A DNA stretch of 64,000 nucleotides, from positions 64,001 through 128,000 of IMG/VR virus record IMGVR_UViG_3300046787_000438; one strand, written 5' to 3'. The DNA comes from a virus. The translations under genes were made by a program, and so were the position numbers. The notes beneath the pieces are model-generated. The model saw only the letters and a program-made list of their open reading frames with translations. It was not told the origin of the DNA and did no database searches. Below, piece by piece: positions 31,140-40,655 of this stretch. The stretch's first letter is position 1. The number at the start of each line of letters is the position of its first letter.

Positions 31140-33055
31140 TACTTAATCTTTCTTGTTGAGGTATTTTCTGAGCGTCGTGAGCCGCCTGATGCGCCTCCGC
31201 CTCCGCCCGAGCTAGCTGCTGCTGAAGTTGCTGCGCCTGCTGCTCCTGTTGCTGCTGCGATAGCTGCGTTACCTGCAACAACTGCTGCAACAACTACCTT
31301 CTCTGACTCTTCACGAACCGCGGGTGCCATGTCAGCGCCAACGTTTGACATGAAGTTAATTGCATCAACGAGGGCTGCAGCACCTGGGATTGCTGCAAGC
31401 TCTGGAGAGATAACGATGTCATCGGCAGCAGCTGCAATATACAAAGCATCGAGTGCTTGCTCGTATGCTGCTGAGCCCTTCTCTGCTGTCTCGAAGGTTT
31501 CGAGTGCTGCATCCTTCAAGGCTTCTGCTTGCTTAGGTGATAGGTCAGTGGCTACAATCTCGGTGAGGTCGATCTTCGTTAGAAGTTCGGCGCTGATGAT
31601 TTCTGGAAGTTGTTCAGCAGAAGTAATCTCTTCTTCTTTTACAACTGGCGGTTCTGGTTCCACTGGTGTAGGCTCTGGAGTAGGTTCAGGTTCCACGGCT
31701 GGTGGTTCTGGTGCAACGACGGGAGGTTCAGGTGTCGGTTCAACAACAGGTGGTTCAGGTACTACTACTGGCGGTTCTGGTTCCGCTGGTACCGTTGGTT
31801 CTGGTGTTGGCGCTACTGGTGGCTCTGGAGTGGGAGTCGGTGCTGGTGTTGGCTCTGGTTGCGGTTCTGGCGACGGACTTGGTGCTGGAGGCAAAGTTGG
31901 CTCTGGCTGTGGAGTCGGAGTCGGAGTCGGGGTTGGAGTAGGAGTAGGTTCTGGTACTACAACTGGTGGAACTGTAGGGGTAGGTTCTGGAGTTGGAGTA
32001 GGTACTGGCACTGGTTCATATGCAACTACAAATATAAGAACTTTAACTGTGCCACCTGCTGGATCGCCGTAAATGTTTGACGACTCAATTGTTACAGAAG
32101 TCTGCCCACTAGCTAACTGAGTTAGTTGTGATGAAACTTCAACGCCTCGGGATCCATCATTAGGGTCACCATACCAAGCAGTAATGCTCAAGATACGTTG
32201 ACCTTCAGGAGCTACTACTTGAACACTTGAGCCCTCTCCTAGAAGTGTTGCGCCTTCAGGAATATACGGAGCTGAGATAGGTGGAACAGTTGGTTCAGGT
32301 GTTGGCTCTGGAGTTACTACAGGTTCTGGTGTTACAACTGGTTCAGGAGTAGGAGTAGTGGTAGGAGTAGGCTCTACAGTTGGAGTCGGGGTTGGGGTCG
32401 GGTCAACTGTGGGTGCTGGGGTTGGTTCTAGTGTCGGTTCAGGTGTTGGCACAACGGGTTCTGGTGTTAGCACGGGCGGAGTCTCGACCTGAATGACACC
32501 ATATTCTTCCAGAGTAACTACCTGACCACTAGTTAAAGTAACGCCAGTTCTTGTCTGACCTTCATAGGTGGGTCCAACAATTGAATAGGAGATAGCAACT
32601 GTTCCATCAACATTGATTGCGGCAACAATGTTAATGTTTGTCGGTTCTGTGGCGTTTTGTAGCCAGATAGGTCTGGCGGATATGTCTACTTGGAATCCGC
32701 CATCAGAGGCTGCAATAGTTAAGTGTTCGTCTGCTCGCGCCCAAGGGAACACAACCCAGTCCATCGAGTAGAGCGAGATCGACGGGGTTTGCGGGTAAGT
32801 CCAGTATGTTCCATCGGGACGTCCGAAGGTAATTACAGAGTTTGTTGTAGCAAAAACGTCAGTGTATTGAACTCCGTCAAAAGTTACAGTGGTTGTCAGA
32901 GGGATCTGATACGAAGAATCATCTCCACCAGGTGTAGTTACTACTACCACTACGGGCTCTACTATGCTATCATCTGCAAAAGCAGTGGTTGCAGCTAGTA
33001 AAGGCCACCCTAGCGCTAACATTAAACTAAGGTATAGTCTGAAATATTTACGCAT
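31139..33055 (-). CDS. Secreted/membrane-anchored Pro/Thr/Glu-rich surface protein
   Basis: Signal peptide, two long (PT/PE)n linkers, Ala-rich C-terminus. Confidence 0.75.
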   Translation of the reverse strand: MRKYFRLYLSLMLALGWPLLAATTAFADDSIVEPVVVVVTTPGGDDSSYQIPLTTTVTFDGVQYTDVFATTNSVITFGRPDGTYWTYPQTPSISLYSMDWVVFPWARADEHLTIAASDGGFQVDISARPIWLQNATEPTNINIVAAINVDGTVAISYSIVGPTYEGQTRTGVTLTSGQVVTLEEYGVIQVETPPVLTPEPVVPTPEPTLEPTPAPTVDPTPTPTPTVEPTPTTTPTPEPVVTPEPVVTPEPTPEPTVPPISAPYIPEGATLLGEGSSVQVVAPEGQRILSITAWYGDPNDGSRGVEVSSQLTQLASGQTSVTIESSNIYGDPAGGTVKVLIFVVAYEPVPVPTPTPEPTPTVPPVVVPEPTPTPTPTPTPTPQPEPTLPPAPSPSPEPQPEPTPAPTPTPEPPVAPTPEPTVPAEPEPPVVVPEPPVVEPTPEPPVVAPEPPAVEPEPTPEPTPVEPEPPVVKEEEITSAEQLPEIISAELLTKIDLTEIVATDLSPKQAEALKDAALETFETAEKGSAAYEQALDALYIAAAADDIVISPELAAIPGAAALVDAINFMSNVGADMAPAVREESEKVVVAAVVAGNAAIAAATGAAGAATSAAASSGGGGGASGGSRRSENTSTRKIK

Positions 33056-33056
33056 A

Positions 33057-33359
33057 TTACTTGTCCCCTAACTCTTCAGCGTTCTTTAGGCGGACAACCT
33101 GAGAGAAAATAGCGTTAACTTCGTCCTGATCGATCTTTCCATCTTCAAGAAATGCGAGTGCAAGTTTCTCTACAACCTTGGCTACCGCTAGTAATCCTCC
33201 AAGGGATGCGGACAGCCAGACGTCGATACCAATAATAGATCCAGCACCGATAACGGATAGGGCAGACGCGATAAACGTAGCTATAACTCTGTACGAGATG
33301 TCAAGAGTTAGCTTGGCTTTTTTGGTTTTGCTTTTAGGCTTTGATTTAGTGCTAGACAC
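33057..33359 (-). CDS. Two-TM membrane protein (holin-like)
   Basis: Hydrophobic helices, DGKID..E.N tail. Confidence 0.55.
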   Translation of the reverse strand: MSSTKSKPKSKTKKAKLTLDISYRVIATFIASALSVIGAGSIIGIDVWLSASLGGLLAVAKVVEKLALAFLEDGKIDQDEVNAIFSQVVRLKNAEELGDK

Positions 33360-33414
33360 TAGAGGCTCCTGTGTGCTGGATGGCCTCTCCCTGTAACTAT
33401 TTTACCAGAAATGC

Positions 33415-33570
33415 TTGTAAATGACTGTGATTGGGTATATACTGTAAGTGGTTCATTAAGTGCTCCAATCCATTTTGTGAACTCCTTTCTATTGTGTGCG
33501 GAAAGGCGGTCCAGGAACTTTAGGGTTTATTCATTCCCCTTCTTTCCGCCTGGGCCGCCTTTCTATTTTT
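33415..33570 (+). ncRNA. Candidate small RNA with own promoter and terminator carrying anti-RBS/anti-AUG sequence
   Basis: TTGTAA-17-TATACT (33415-33443); 15-bp stem 33501-33515/33549-33563 plus T run; 33470-33494 complementary to early-gene leaders. Confidence 0.65.
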
Positions 33571-33925
33571 GGGGGTATACTCTAAAACTATGGATGAAGA
33601 GTATGAAATAGAGGTTCCTATTGAGCGGGAGCCTGTCGAGGGCTACGCTACCCCTAGTGACATCCAAAGGATTAGAGCTGAGTTCCTATCTGAATGGCTT
33701 AAGAGATGGGAAGGTATCTATATCTCTGAACGTAAGATACTTGAAGTATTTGGGGCTATGGGAATGACTATTGAGCTAGATGATCGTAATGGGGCTACTG
33801 CAATGGAAGCTCTTAAATACCTTGACTATGAGATAGATTCTGATAGTATCGATCCTATAAGCTTGGCTAGATATAAAATTAGCCGAGACAAAAAGAAGTA
33901 CTAGGAAAGAATAAAAGGAGAGAAC

Positions 33926-34216
33926 ATGACGACTTCAGTTCCAGCTATAGCTCTACTACTTGGCACTCTTGAAAAGGGCTACGTACTAGACATCTATGTT
34001 GAAGGCGAAGACAAGCGAGCCTACGATGGCGGCTTGAATAAGGATGAAATAATTCACGTTGCGGAAGACGGAATTATCTATAGGACCGATGCGGACAATG
34101 AAGTAGTCTACATCCCTATGTCACGAATCAATCACCTGTCAGTGAATAAGATGTTTGACTTTGAAAATGATATTGACTTTATTGATGTAAAAAACAAAAG
34201 AGAGGTTAGCTTCTAA
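33926..34216 (+). CDS. Hypothetical protein
   Basis: AAGGAG RBS. Confidence 0.6.
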   Translation: MTTSVPAIALLLGTLEKGYVLDIYVEGEDKRAYDGGLNKDEIIHVAEDGIIYRTDADNEVVYIPMSRINHLSVNKMFDFENDIDFIDVKNKREVSF

Positions 34217-34670
34217 TGACTATTGACTGGAGTTGGTGGGCGTTCGTTGCTGGAGTACTGGCAACGCTAACCGTTGAGTTCTGGGTAGTAATTGCTATTG
34301 CTTGGAAGCAGTGGAAGAAGCAGCAGAAGAAGGCTACGTCATTCGCTGATGACTGGACTGTAGATAGAATGTTCGGTTCAGGTAATAAGTAAAGCTTGAT
34401 ACCCTTGCCATGTGTTAGCATGTTATTATGACAAGCTTTCAGGTGGCCCTAATAACCCTCGCTGCCCTTTGGGTAGTGGGGGTTGTTTCTTTTATGCTAT
34501 GGCTAACCTTTAAGGTCATCCCTAAGATCCATAATGAGTTGGATGAGATGGGTATGAGTGAGGGCGAAAAGCGTAAGACGCTAACTAAGGTTGCCTATCC
34601 ACCTAGGTTCTTTAAGTAATACTTAATACTTAATACTTGACAAATAAACGTAATGCTGTACTATTGAAGT

Positions 34671-35045
34671 ATGGATTACGAAACTTATGCAGCTTATACA
34701 ACTCCTAAGGCCTACAAAGCTTGGGCGCTTGGGGCTCTTGTAGCGGGGGCTATAGCCTTCTTTGGTGGAGTAGTGGGGGTGCTGGCATCTATCCCTGTCG
34801 GAATAGCGGTGGCTTTGGCGTTATATCGCTGGGTATTCTGCAACGCTGAGGAGCGTGCCTTTTTCGATAGTGAAGAATATTCGACATTACAGGCCTCATA
34901 CAGAAGACGTCAGAGTGTTGCGTTGGACGCCCGTATTTATTACGAGTCGTTAATCCCTAAGGCAAAAGAGGACAGGTATGTGGCCGAAGTGCTAGAGGAA
35001 GTTGTACAGATTGCTAAGACAACTGCTAAGTCTGGCAGACGCTAG
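34671..35045 (+). CDS. Membrane protein
   Basis: TTGACA promoter upstream; two TM segments. Confidence 0.55.
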   Translation: MDYETYAAYTTPKAYKAWALGALVAGAIAFFGGVVGVLASIPVGIAVALALYRWVFCNAEERAFFDSEEYSTLQASYRRRQSVALDARIYYESLIPKAKEDRYVAEVLEEVVQIAKTTAKSGRR

Positions 35046-35674
35046 AGGGTCCCTAGAGAATCCCTAAATGCATTGACTTCGTCAAAGATGGGTAGGGATG
35101 GGTCTAGCTGACTTAGGTGTGAGAAGTCTGAGTGTGGATGCTGAACGAACCTAAAAAACATAACGCGAATATATTCGTTGTCTTTGAAAGTCTTGCGTGG
35201 CCTCCAATGGACGTTCCTATTTGGGTGAAATAGTAGGGCGGAGTTATCTTCTAAAGTGTAGAGATCCATATCGATACCTAATGGCCAATAGGTGTTTGGA
35301 CTGGAACTTAGCTGGAAGTCAATGATGTAGTCTGTGAAATCGCCATCATAGTGTGGACGTAACTTAGGGACGCCGTACTTACTACTGTATTCAACGCAAA
35401 GTGGTGGGTTCATAACTTCAAGCTCTAAGTTGGGGAAGAGCTCTTTAATTAGCTTATTGAGCTTAAGTTCGATCTCTGGTGGTAACGTACCGTTCTCTAG
35501 GTGAACCCTACCTAGCTCCTGATATGTGTAGACGTCACTATCTGGAAGAGTAGCTAACGCGTGGTTTATGGCAACTAGCTCTTCTGAAGTGAATAGGTTG
35601 GGTAAAAGTATTGGAGTGGGTGGGCTAATCTTCATCTTCGTCTGGCCCCCAAACGTAACGCCTAACGGTTCCAT
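35042..35674 (-). CDS. 2OG-Fe(II) oxygenase-like protein (10194-type)
   Basis: L.PHYD, WPLGID, HWRP. Confidence 0.65.
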   Translation of the reverse strand: MEPLGVTFGGQTKMKISPPTPILLPNLFTSEELVAINHALATLPDSDVYTYQELGRVHLENGTLPPEIELKLNKLIKELFPNLELEVMNPPLCVEYSSKYGVPKLRPHYDGDFTDYIIDFQLSSSPNTYWPLGIDMDLYTLEDNSALLFHPNRNVHWRPRKTFKDNEYIRVMFFRFVQHPHSDFSHLSQLDPSLPIFDEVNAFRDSLGTL

Positions 35675-35869
35675 ATAGATCGATTACTTCGGATACTAGC
35701 TTCTCTGTTGCGATTAGAAGGTCTGCCTTTGATTCGGCATCTATTGGTTCGTCAACCTCTGTGTGGATCTCCTGAACTGCATACGCGCATAAATCTAAAC
35801 GCCGTAGTGCATTAACTAGGGATGCGTGTGGGAGTCGATCTGTGGACATGGTTTCTATTGTAGCCGAGG

Positions 35870-36345
35870 GATTTAGGGGTGTTATTTGAGGTTAGAGGGG
35901 GGTTGGGAGGGAGTTGGAGAGGGGGAGCCTGTGGATAACTTTCAGAGATGGAGGGTGAATTTTGTGATAATAGACGCCAATATTGACAGAAGAAGAGTCG
36001 GAATGGGAGAGGAAGTTATTATCGAGAAAAGTTTGGAGTAGAGGGGAAAGTTGATAATAAAAGGAGGGAGTTATTATCAGAGAAAGTTTGTAAGGAAGGG
36101 AAGATTTTTGATAATAAACAGGGTTTAATAGACCTTAGTTTATATTGCTAACAATTATTTCCAATACGCGTATAGAGTTCTCTTAGGGCCTTAGGTAAAA
36201 AATTGTTGCATATATAAAATAACGTCTATAGAACATATATACTGGTAACCTGTGGATAACTTTGTGGAAAGCAGGGGAGGTTGGCAGGGAAAATTTAATA
36301 TTGAATATTGATTAATTACTATTGACTAATAACTATTGAAGGTGT
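35870..36345. other. Putative replication origin
   Basis: Non-coding ~480 bp, strong purine strand bias, two perfect DnaA boxes (TGTGGATAA 35930-35938, 36251-36259), iteron-like repeats, AT-rich end. Confidence 0.55.
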
Positions 36346-36356
36346 AGGGTGTAGAT

Positions 36357-36644
36357 ATGAAACCTGAGAGTGCAGAGAGTGCAGATTGGATACTTGAAGA
36401 ACTTTCAAACGCTCGAGCCTTTGGAGAGTCAGAGGAAATACTCAAGCTGTTGGATCTTTATGTAGCTACTAGTCAAGAGTTGAAGTATGTATCTACTAAT
36501 CAAGAGTTAAAACCTGCTAGGCAGATAAAAGTTTCTGATGCTGGTTGGTATCAGAATTCAGATGGAAAGTTATTTCATTATGACGGTGTCGTATGGGATG
36601 AAGTTCCTTCTGAGAAACAAGGCGACCTAGAGTTCCTTGGCTAA
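36357..36644 (+). CDS. Hypothetical protein with DUF2510-like motif
   Basis: AGWYQNSDG...YDGVVW. Confidence 0.5.
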   Translation: MKPESAESADWILEELSNARAFGESEEILKLLDLYVATSQELKYVSTNQELKPARQIKVSDAGWYQNSDGKLFHYDGVVWDEVPSEKQGDLEFLG

Positions 36645-37021
36645 TAGAGAGATAGAGAGAAGCAAATGATTAAAGCAAATGCTGGAAAGATGCGAGGAGT
36701 TCGTGTAATGCGAGACCCTGATGGCATCCTGATTGATCCTTTCACTGATGTGGATGGTTCAAAGTATGGCTACGTTGTTGTTTACGGTGAGGGTGAGCCT
36801 GCTGTATTCGATGGTGAAGTATGGCACCCAGTTATCACTGGGTCAGCTGACGAGTGGGAAAACTCACTTCAGCAGGTTATTTATGACCAGGGAACTGCCA
36901 TTGCACAAGCTGCGATTAGTAGCCCTGTTTATGCTGAACTGGCAAAGGTTATGAATATTATGGTTGGTGCTGGAGTAAATGCTCCGACTGACACTGTGTT
37001 TACGTTTGGAGCAACTTCCTA

Positions 37022-37558
37022 ATGTCTTTCATGGATGCGTTTGATATTGACGAGCACAAGCTCGAGTTGATTGATAAGACTCTAGCTAAGAACCCTCGTA
37101 AGAATGACAAGCGTATCTGCGCATGTGGACACCCAATGTCCAGACACGATGCAGATAACGAGATGCACTGCAAGCCTGCTAGGTTTGACTGTCCATGTCG
37201 TATCCCAACCGCTGTACTTGAAGTACCAGACAACCGATACTTCCTAGCAAGGAATGAAGGATCTGGGGAGAAGCATGCATTGATGCGTGGAATCTTCATG
37301 GCTCGTAAAGGTATGCAAGAGAAGTTTGACCAAGAAGCCAACTGGCTGATTGATTTCAAATGTCAGAACCCAACCTGCGGCAAAGACACAAAAGCATATC
37401 CAGTCCGATGCGATGTGGATTTCTACCGAATCTATGACTCTAATAAAGATCAAGGCATCACCATGTTCTACTGTGAAACATGCCGAGAAGTTTATTACGA
37501 CTCCGATGAAGCAATCGCTGCAAAGCGAGCAATGCTGATTCAAAGAAACACAAAGTAG
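37022..37558 (+). CDS. Cys-rich (Zn-binding) phage protein
   Basis: CACGH..H, C..C.C, CxxxxC, CxxC. Confidence 0.55.
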   Translation: MSFMDAFDIDEHKLELIDKTLAKNPRKNDKRICACGHPMSRHDADNEMHCKPARFDCPCRIPTAVLEVPDNRYFLARNEGSGEKHALMRGIFMARKGMQEKFDQEANWLIDFKCQNPTCGKDTKAYPVRCDVDFYRIYDSNKDQGITMFYCETCREVYYDSDEAIAAKRAMLIQRNTK

Positions 37559-37613
37559 CAAAACTGGCACAAACTGTGCTAGCATAATAAATCGATAAGT
37601 TAGGAGCCATAAC

Positions 37614-37964
37614 ATGGCAAAGATCACCACTTGGGACAAGGTACGTAACTCACTAGGTCTCGGATTCTCAAAGGGAACTGAAGCAGAGCTAGCTCGTGAA
37701 GCTGCAGAGTTTGTTGCAACTTTGGCTGAGGCAGCCGAGGAGCGTAAGGCAGCTCTTGCAAAGAAGGCTACTGAAGAGAAGAAGGCAGCTGAATCAGTAA
37801 AGCCAGTTGCAAAGAAGCCAGTTGAAAAGGCTGCCCCAGCAAAGAAGCCAGTTGCAAAGACCACTGCAAAGAAGGATGCCATCAAGAAGGATCTTGCTGA
37901 CACTCCTGTTGCAAAGAAGACTCCTGCTGCAAAGAAGCCAACTCCAAAGAAGCCTTCAAAGTAG
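37614..37964 (+). CDS. Histone-like Lys/Ala/Pro-rich protein
   Basis: Repeated (V/A)AKKP units; AGGAG RBS. Confidence 0.65.
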   Translation: MAKITTWDKVRNSLGLGFSKGTEAELAREAAEFVATLAEAAEERKAALAKKATEEKKAAESVKPVAKKPVEKAAPAKKPVAKTTAKKDAIKKDLADTPVAKKTPAAKKPTPKKPSK

Positions 37965-38157
37965 TAGTAGAATAAAATTCTCCACTGGGAGTTAGCGAGC
38001 GGGAAGCTCGGGAAGAACTAACTCCTAGTGGGGAACATAACTTAAAAGTTTTTTGTCTCTGCGGGAGAGGTAGGGACAAAAATAAACCCAGCTAGGGTTG
38101 GAAAAACCGTCTCGTCATGTTAAAGTGATGAGGCGGTTATTTCTTTCTGGAGGACAT

Positions 38158-38394
38158 ATGAGTGATGGTTTAGTCAAGATACCCTTGATGGCTGAAGAAC
38201 TTGGCATTACTACCAAAACCTTGTACAATTGGATTAACTCTGGAAAGCTAGTCATGCCCACCCCTGGGTTCGTCAATCAGACCTCCGCCTACGAAGTGTG
38301 GCTCCAACAGAAGTCCCTGAAGAGTATCCAGTCCTACTTCATGGCTATAAAGATTCCCCGCGACTCCTCTGGGAAGTTCTTCCCTAAAGACTAA
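38158..38394 (+). CDS. Small HTH DNA-binding protein
   Basis: AEELGITTKTLYNWINSGKL. Confidence 0.75.
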   Translation: MSDGLVKIPLMAEELGITTKTLYNWINSGKLVMPTPGFVNQTSAYEVWLQQKSLKSIQSYFMAIKIPRDSSGKFFPKD

Positions 38395-38447
38395 GTTCTT
38401 AATTTAATAAGAAAATCAATAAGAAAAAATAATGCTATTCTAAAGTC

Positions 38448-39125
38448 ATGTGTCAAAAATGTATTGATGAAGTTGTAGACCTGAAGCCTAAGGTTAAGTT
38501 TAGGATGTCGAAAGAAGATAAGGCTAAACTCCCAGGTAAGCTGATTCCTAATAAGCTAGTTTCCGATATGTCTCCCGAGGAGTATCAAGAGCATCGTCTA
38601 TACGCTAGAGCCTACAAAAAAGCGTACAATGACTTCCATGCAGCAAACGGTAACGGCACCAAAATATATCAGGATGCCTATCAAAAAGCATACAAGCGTA
38701 ATCACTATGCCCAATATATGGAGTACTTGAATCGGTATCGCAAAGAGAATCCAGAGTGGGGAAATAGAAGTCACCGCCGCCGCAGAGCTAGACACGCTGC
38801 TGTTGATTCCGAGGTTTATTATCCTAATCAAATCATCGAGTTGTGGGGGACGGATTGTTACCTCTGTGGTGAGGCCATAGATCTTGAAGCTAATCGCGGC
38901 GTCGGACAGATCGGATGGGAGCGAGGGCTACACTTAGACCATGTAATTCCCATTTCGGCGGGGGGACCAGATACGGTAGATAACGTGAGACCAACCCACG
39001 GGCAATGTAATTTAAGGAAGCAATCATCAATTGTAGTTACCTTAAACGATGAAGCAGAACGAGTTAAGGTACTATTTCAAGAGCGTTATGGTGCACCCAA
39101 AAAAGGTAGACCGAGACTTGACTAA
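38448..39125 (+). CDS. HNH homing endonuclease
   Basis: RRRRAR, CYLC, HLDHVIP..GG...N....H..CN..K. Confidence 0.88.
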   Translation: MCQKCIDEVVDLKPKVKFRMSKEDKAKLPGKLIPNKLVSDMSPEEYQEHRLYARAYKKAYNDFHAANGNGTKIYQDAYQKAYKRNHYAQYMEYLNRYRKENPEWGNRSHRRRRARHAAVDSEVYYPNQIIELWGTDCYLCGEAIDLEANRGVGQIGWERGLHLDHVIPISAGGPDTVDNVRPTHGQCNLRKQSSIVVTLNDEAERVKVLFQERYGAPKKGRPRLD

Positions 39126-39401
39126 CTGGTTGAAATCAAATAATGCTTAATGAAGGGCAAAACCCCTGCGTTTACCCTCACCTCGTCCAAAAAATTCGTC
39201 CAACGAATAATCAACAACTTTTCATGATTGTACAATTGTTGCTATGTTTACTGCAGCTAAAACTAGTGGCGTCCACAATACCCTACAATTGATGGAGAAG
39301 GCGGCCTTACCACAGTCCTCTCCCCAGTTGGTAGGGTCGCTTTCGCCTTCCTGTCTAAGTTGCATCATCATTAAGAAGTTGCTTGACATTAGGGACGTAC
39401 A

Positions 39402-40358
39402 TTGTTAGAATTAAACGGCGAGTCAAAAGAGACCGATCCACTGGATTATGTCCTCGAAGATCCAACCGCGATCCTCGCTGACCTTTCAGCCCTCGGTATT
39501 GAAGAAGTCGATAAAGGCGTTTGCGAGGACTCATTCGAGAACCGTGCTATATTACGGCGAGCGCACCTAATCTGGGAACCTGTTTACTCGAGCACGGGCG
39601 GATCAACGGGCCTGTTAAAAGTACGGTCAGCTGAATCAACTCGCGAACGTCGCATCCAATCTCTAGCCGAGAAACGGCCTGTTCTCGTTAACCCCTCAGA
39701 TAATAACTCCGACTACCTAACGGGTCTAGATCTAATAGCTGAAGAAGCTTCCGACTACCTAGTACCGCCTTGGGTTATTGGTGCCACCCGTAAGTGGTTG
39801 AAAGAGCAAGAAGCTGGTGGACCCCCAACCGCTAAGCGCCAGCCAGTTCCACTACCTCACCGTTGTCGCCAGGTAAAGTTTGACGGGATCCGATGCATGC
39901 TCTGGGGATCAGGGCGTCCAGTTGATGACGGCCTGTGTCGAGTACATTTGCGTACACTGAAGTCGAAGACATCTGATGACATCGAACGAGCCCGTGAAAA
40001 GTTAATGCAAGCTGCACCGTATGCTGTAGACAAACTTGAAGATCTTATGGAAAACGCCGAGTCGGAGCCTGTAAGATTAAAAGCAGCAACAGAAATTCTT
40101 GACCGTGCTGGTGTACGTGGTGGTGTTGAAATTGATACCAACGTCAATATCGACGTGCGGCCTGCTGCGTCTATCATTGCCGAACGTTTGGAACGGTTGG
40201 CCATGGGAGCTGCAACCGCTGCGTCTCTTCTACAAGAGAGCGGCGCGGATGTAGTAGATGCTGAAGTTGTAATTGAAGAGACCGCGAGCGCGACCGATCC
40301 TAACCAGGAGCGGCCTGCGTCTACTACTAAAGAAGAAACCGAGATAACGAATGAGTAA
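39402..40358 (+). CDS. Phage protein, possibly terminase small subunit-like
   Basis: C..C..CRVH zinc motif followed by AVDKLEDLM...ESEPVRLKAATEILDRAG helical motif. Confidence 0.45.
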   Translation: MLELNGESKETDPLDYVLEDPTAILADLSALGIEEVDKGVCEDSFENRAILRRAHLIWEPVYSSTGGSTGLLKVRSAESTRERRIQSLAEKRPVLVNPSDNNSDYLTGLDLIAEEASDYLVPPWVIGATRKWLKEQEAGGPPTAKRQPVPLPHRCRQVKFDGIRCMLWGSGRPVDDGLCRVHLRTLKSKTSDDIERAREKLMQAAPYAVDKLEDLMENAESEPVRLKAATEILDRAGVRGGVEIDTNVNIDVRPAASIIAERLERLAMGAATAASLLQESGADVVDAEVVIEETASATDPNQERPASTTKEETEITNE

Positions 40359-40655
40359 CGGACACGACTACGGTCAGATTCTTAAAGCGGCCCGCGATCA
40401 CTACAATAACCTGAAGACGGATATCGCAAACGCGTCTAACCGTATAGAGCACATCCGACTAAGCGCTCTAGCTCAGGAAGCTCATAATCTTTTAACGGAG
40501 CTTCAGATGTTCGAGATCGGACTCGTCTACACTCACACTGGATCAACCGAAGCATATTTCGCTAAGCTCCAGGAAGAGGGACGTTCGTCAACCGATGAAT
40601 CAGATCTCACTCTGGACCTTCCAGAATTCAAGAGCCCCTTCAATCCAGACGTAAA

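Noticed and set aside
31329-32080. Gly-rich and Trp/Arg-rich + strand ORFs
   Set aside because: Shadow frames of the Pro/Thr-rich minus-strand gene
37244-37903. 219-aa minus-strand ORF
   Set aside because: Antisense shadow of the Lys/Ala-rich gene and its neighbour; no RBS
38448-39125. HNH gene as part of a group I intron
   Set aside because: No interrupted host gene or intron core recognised; appears free-standing
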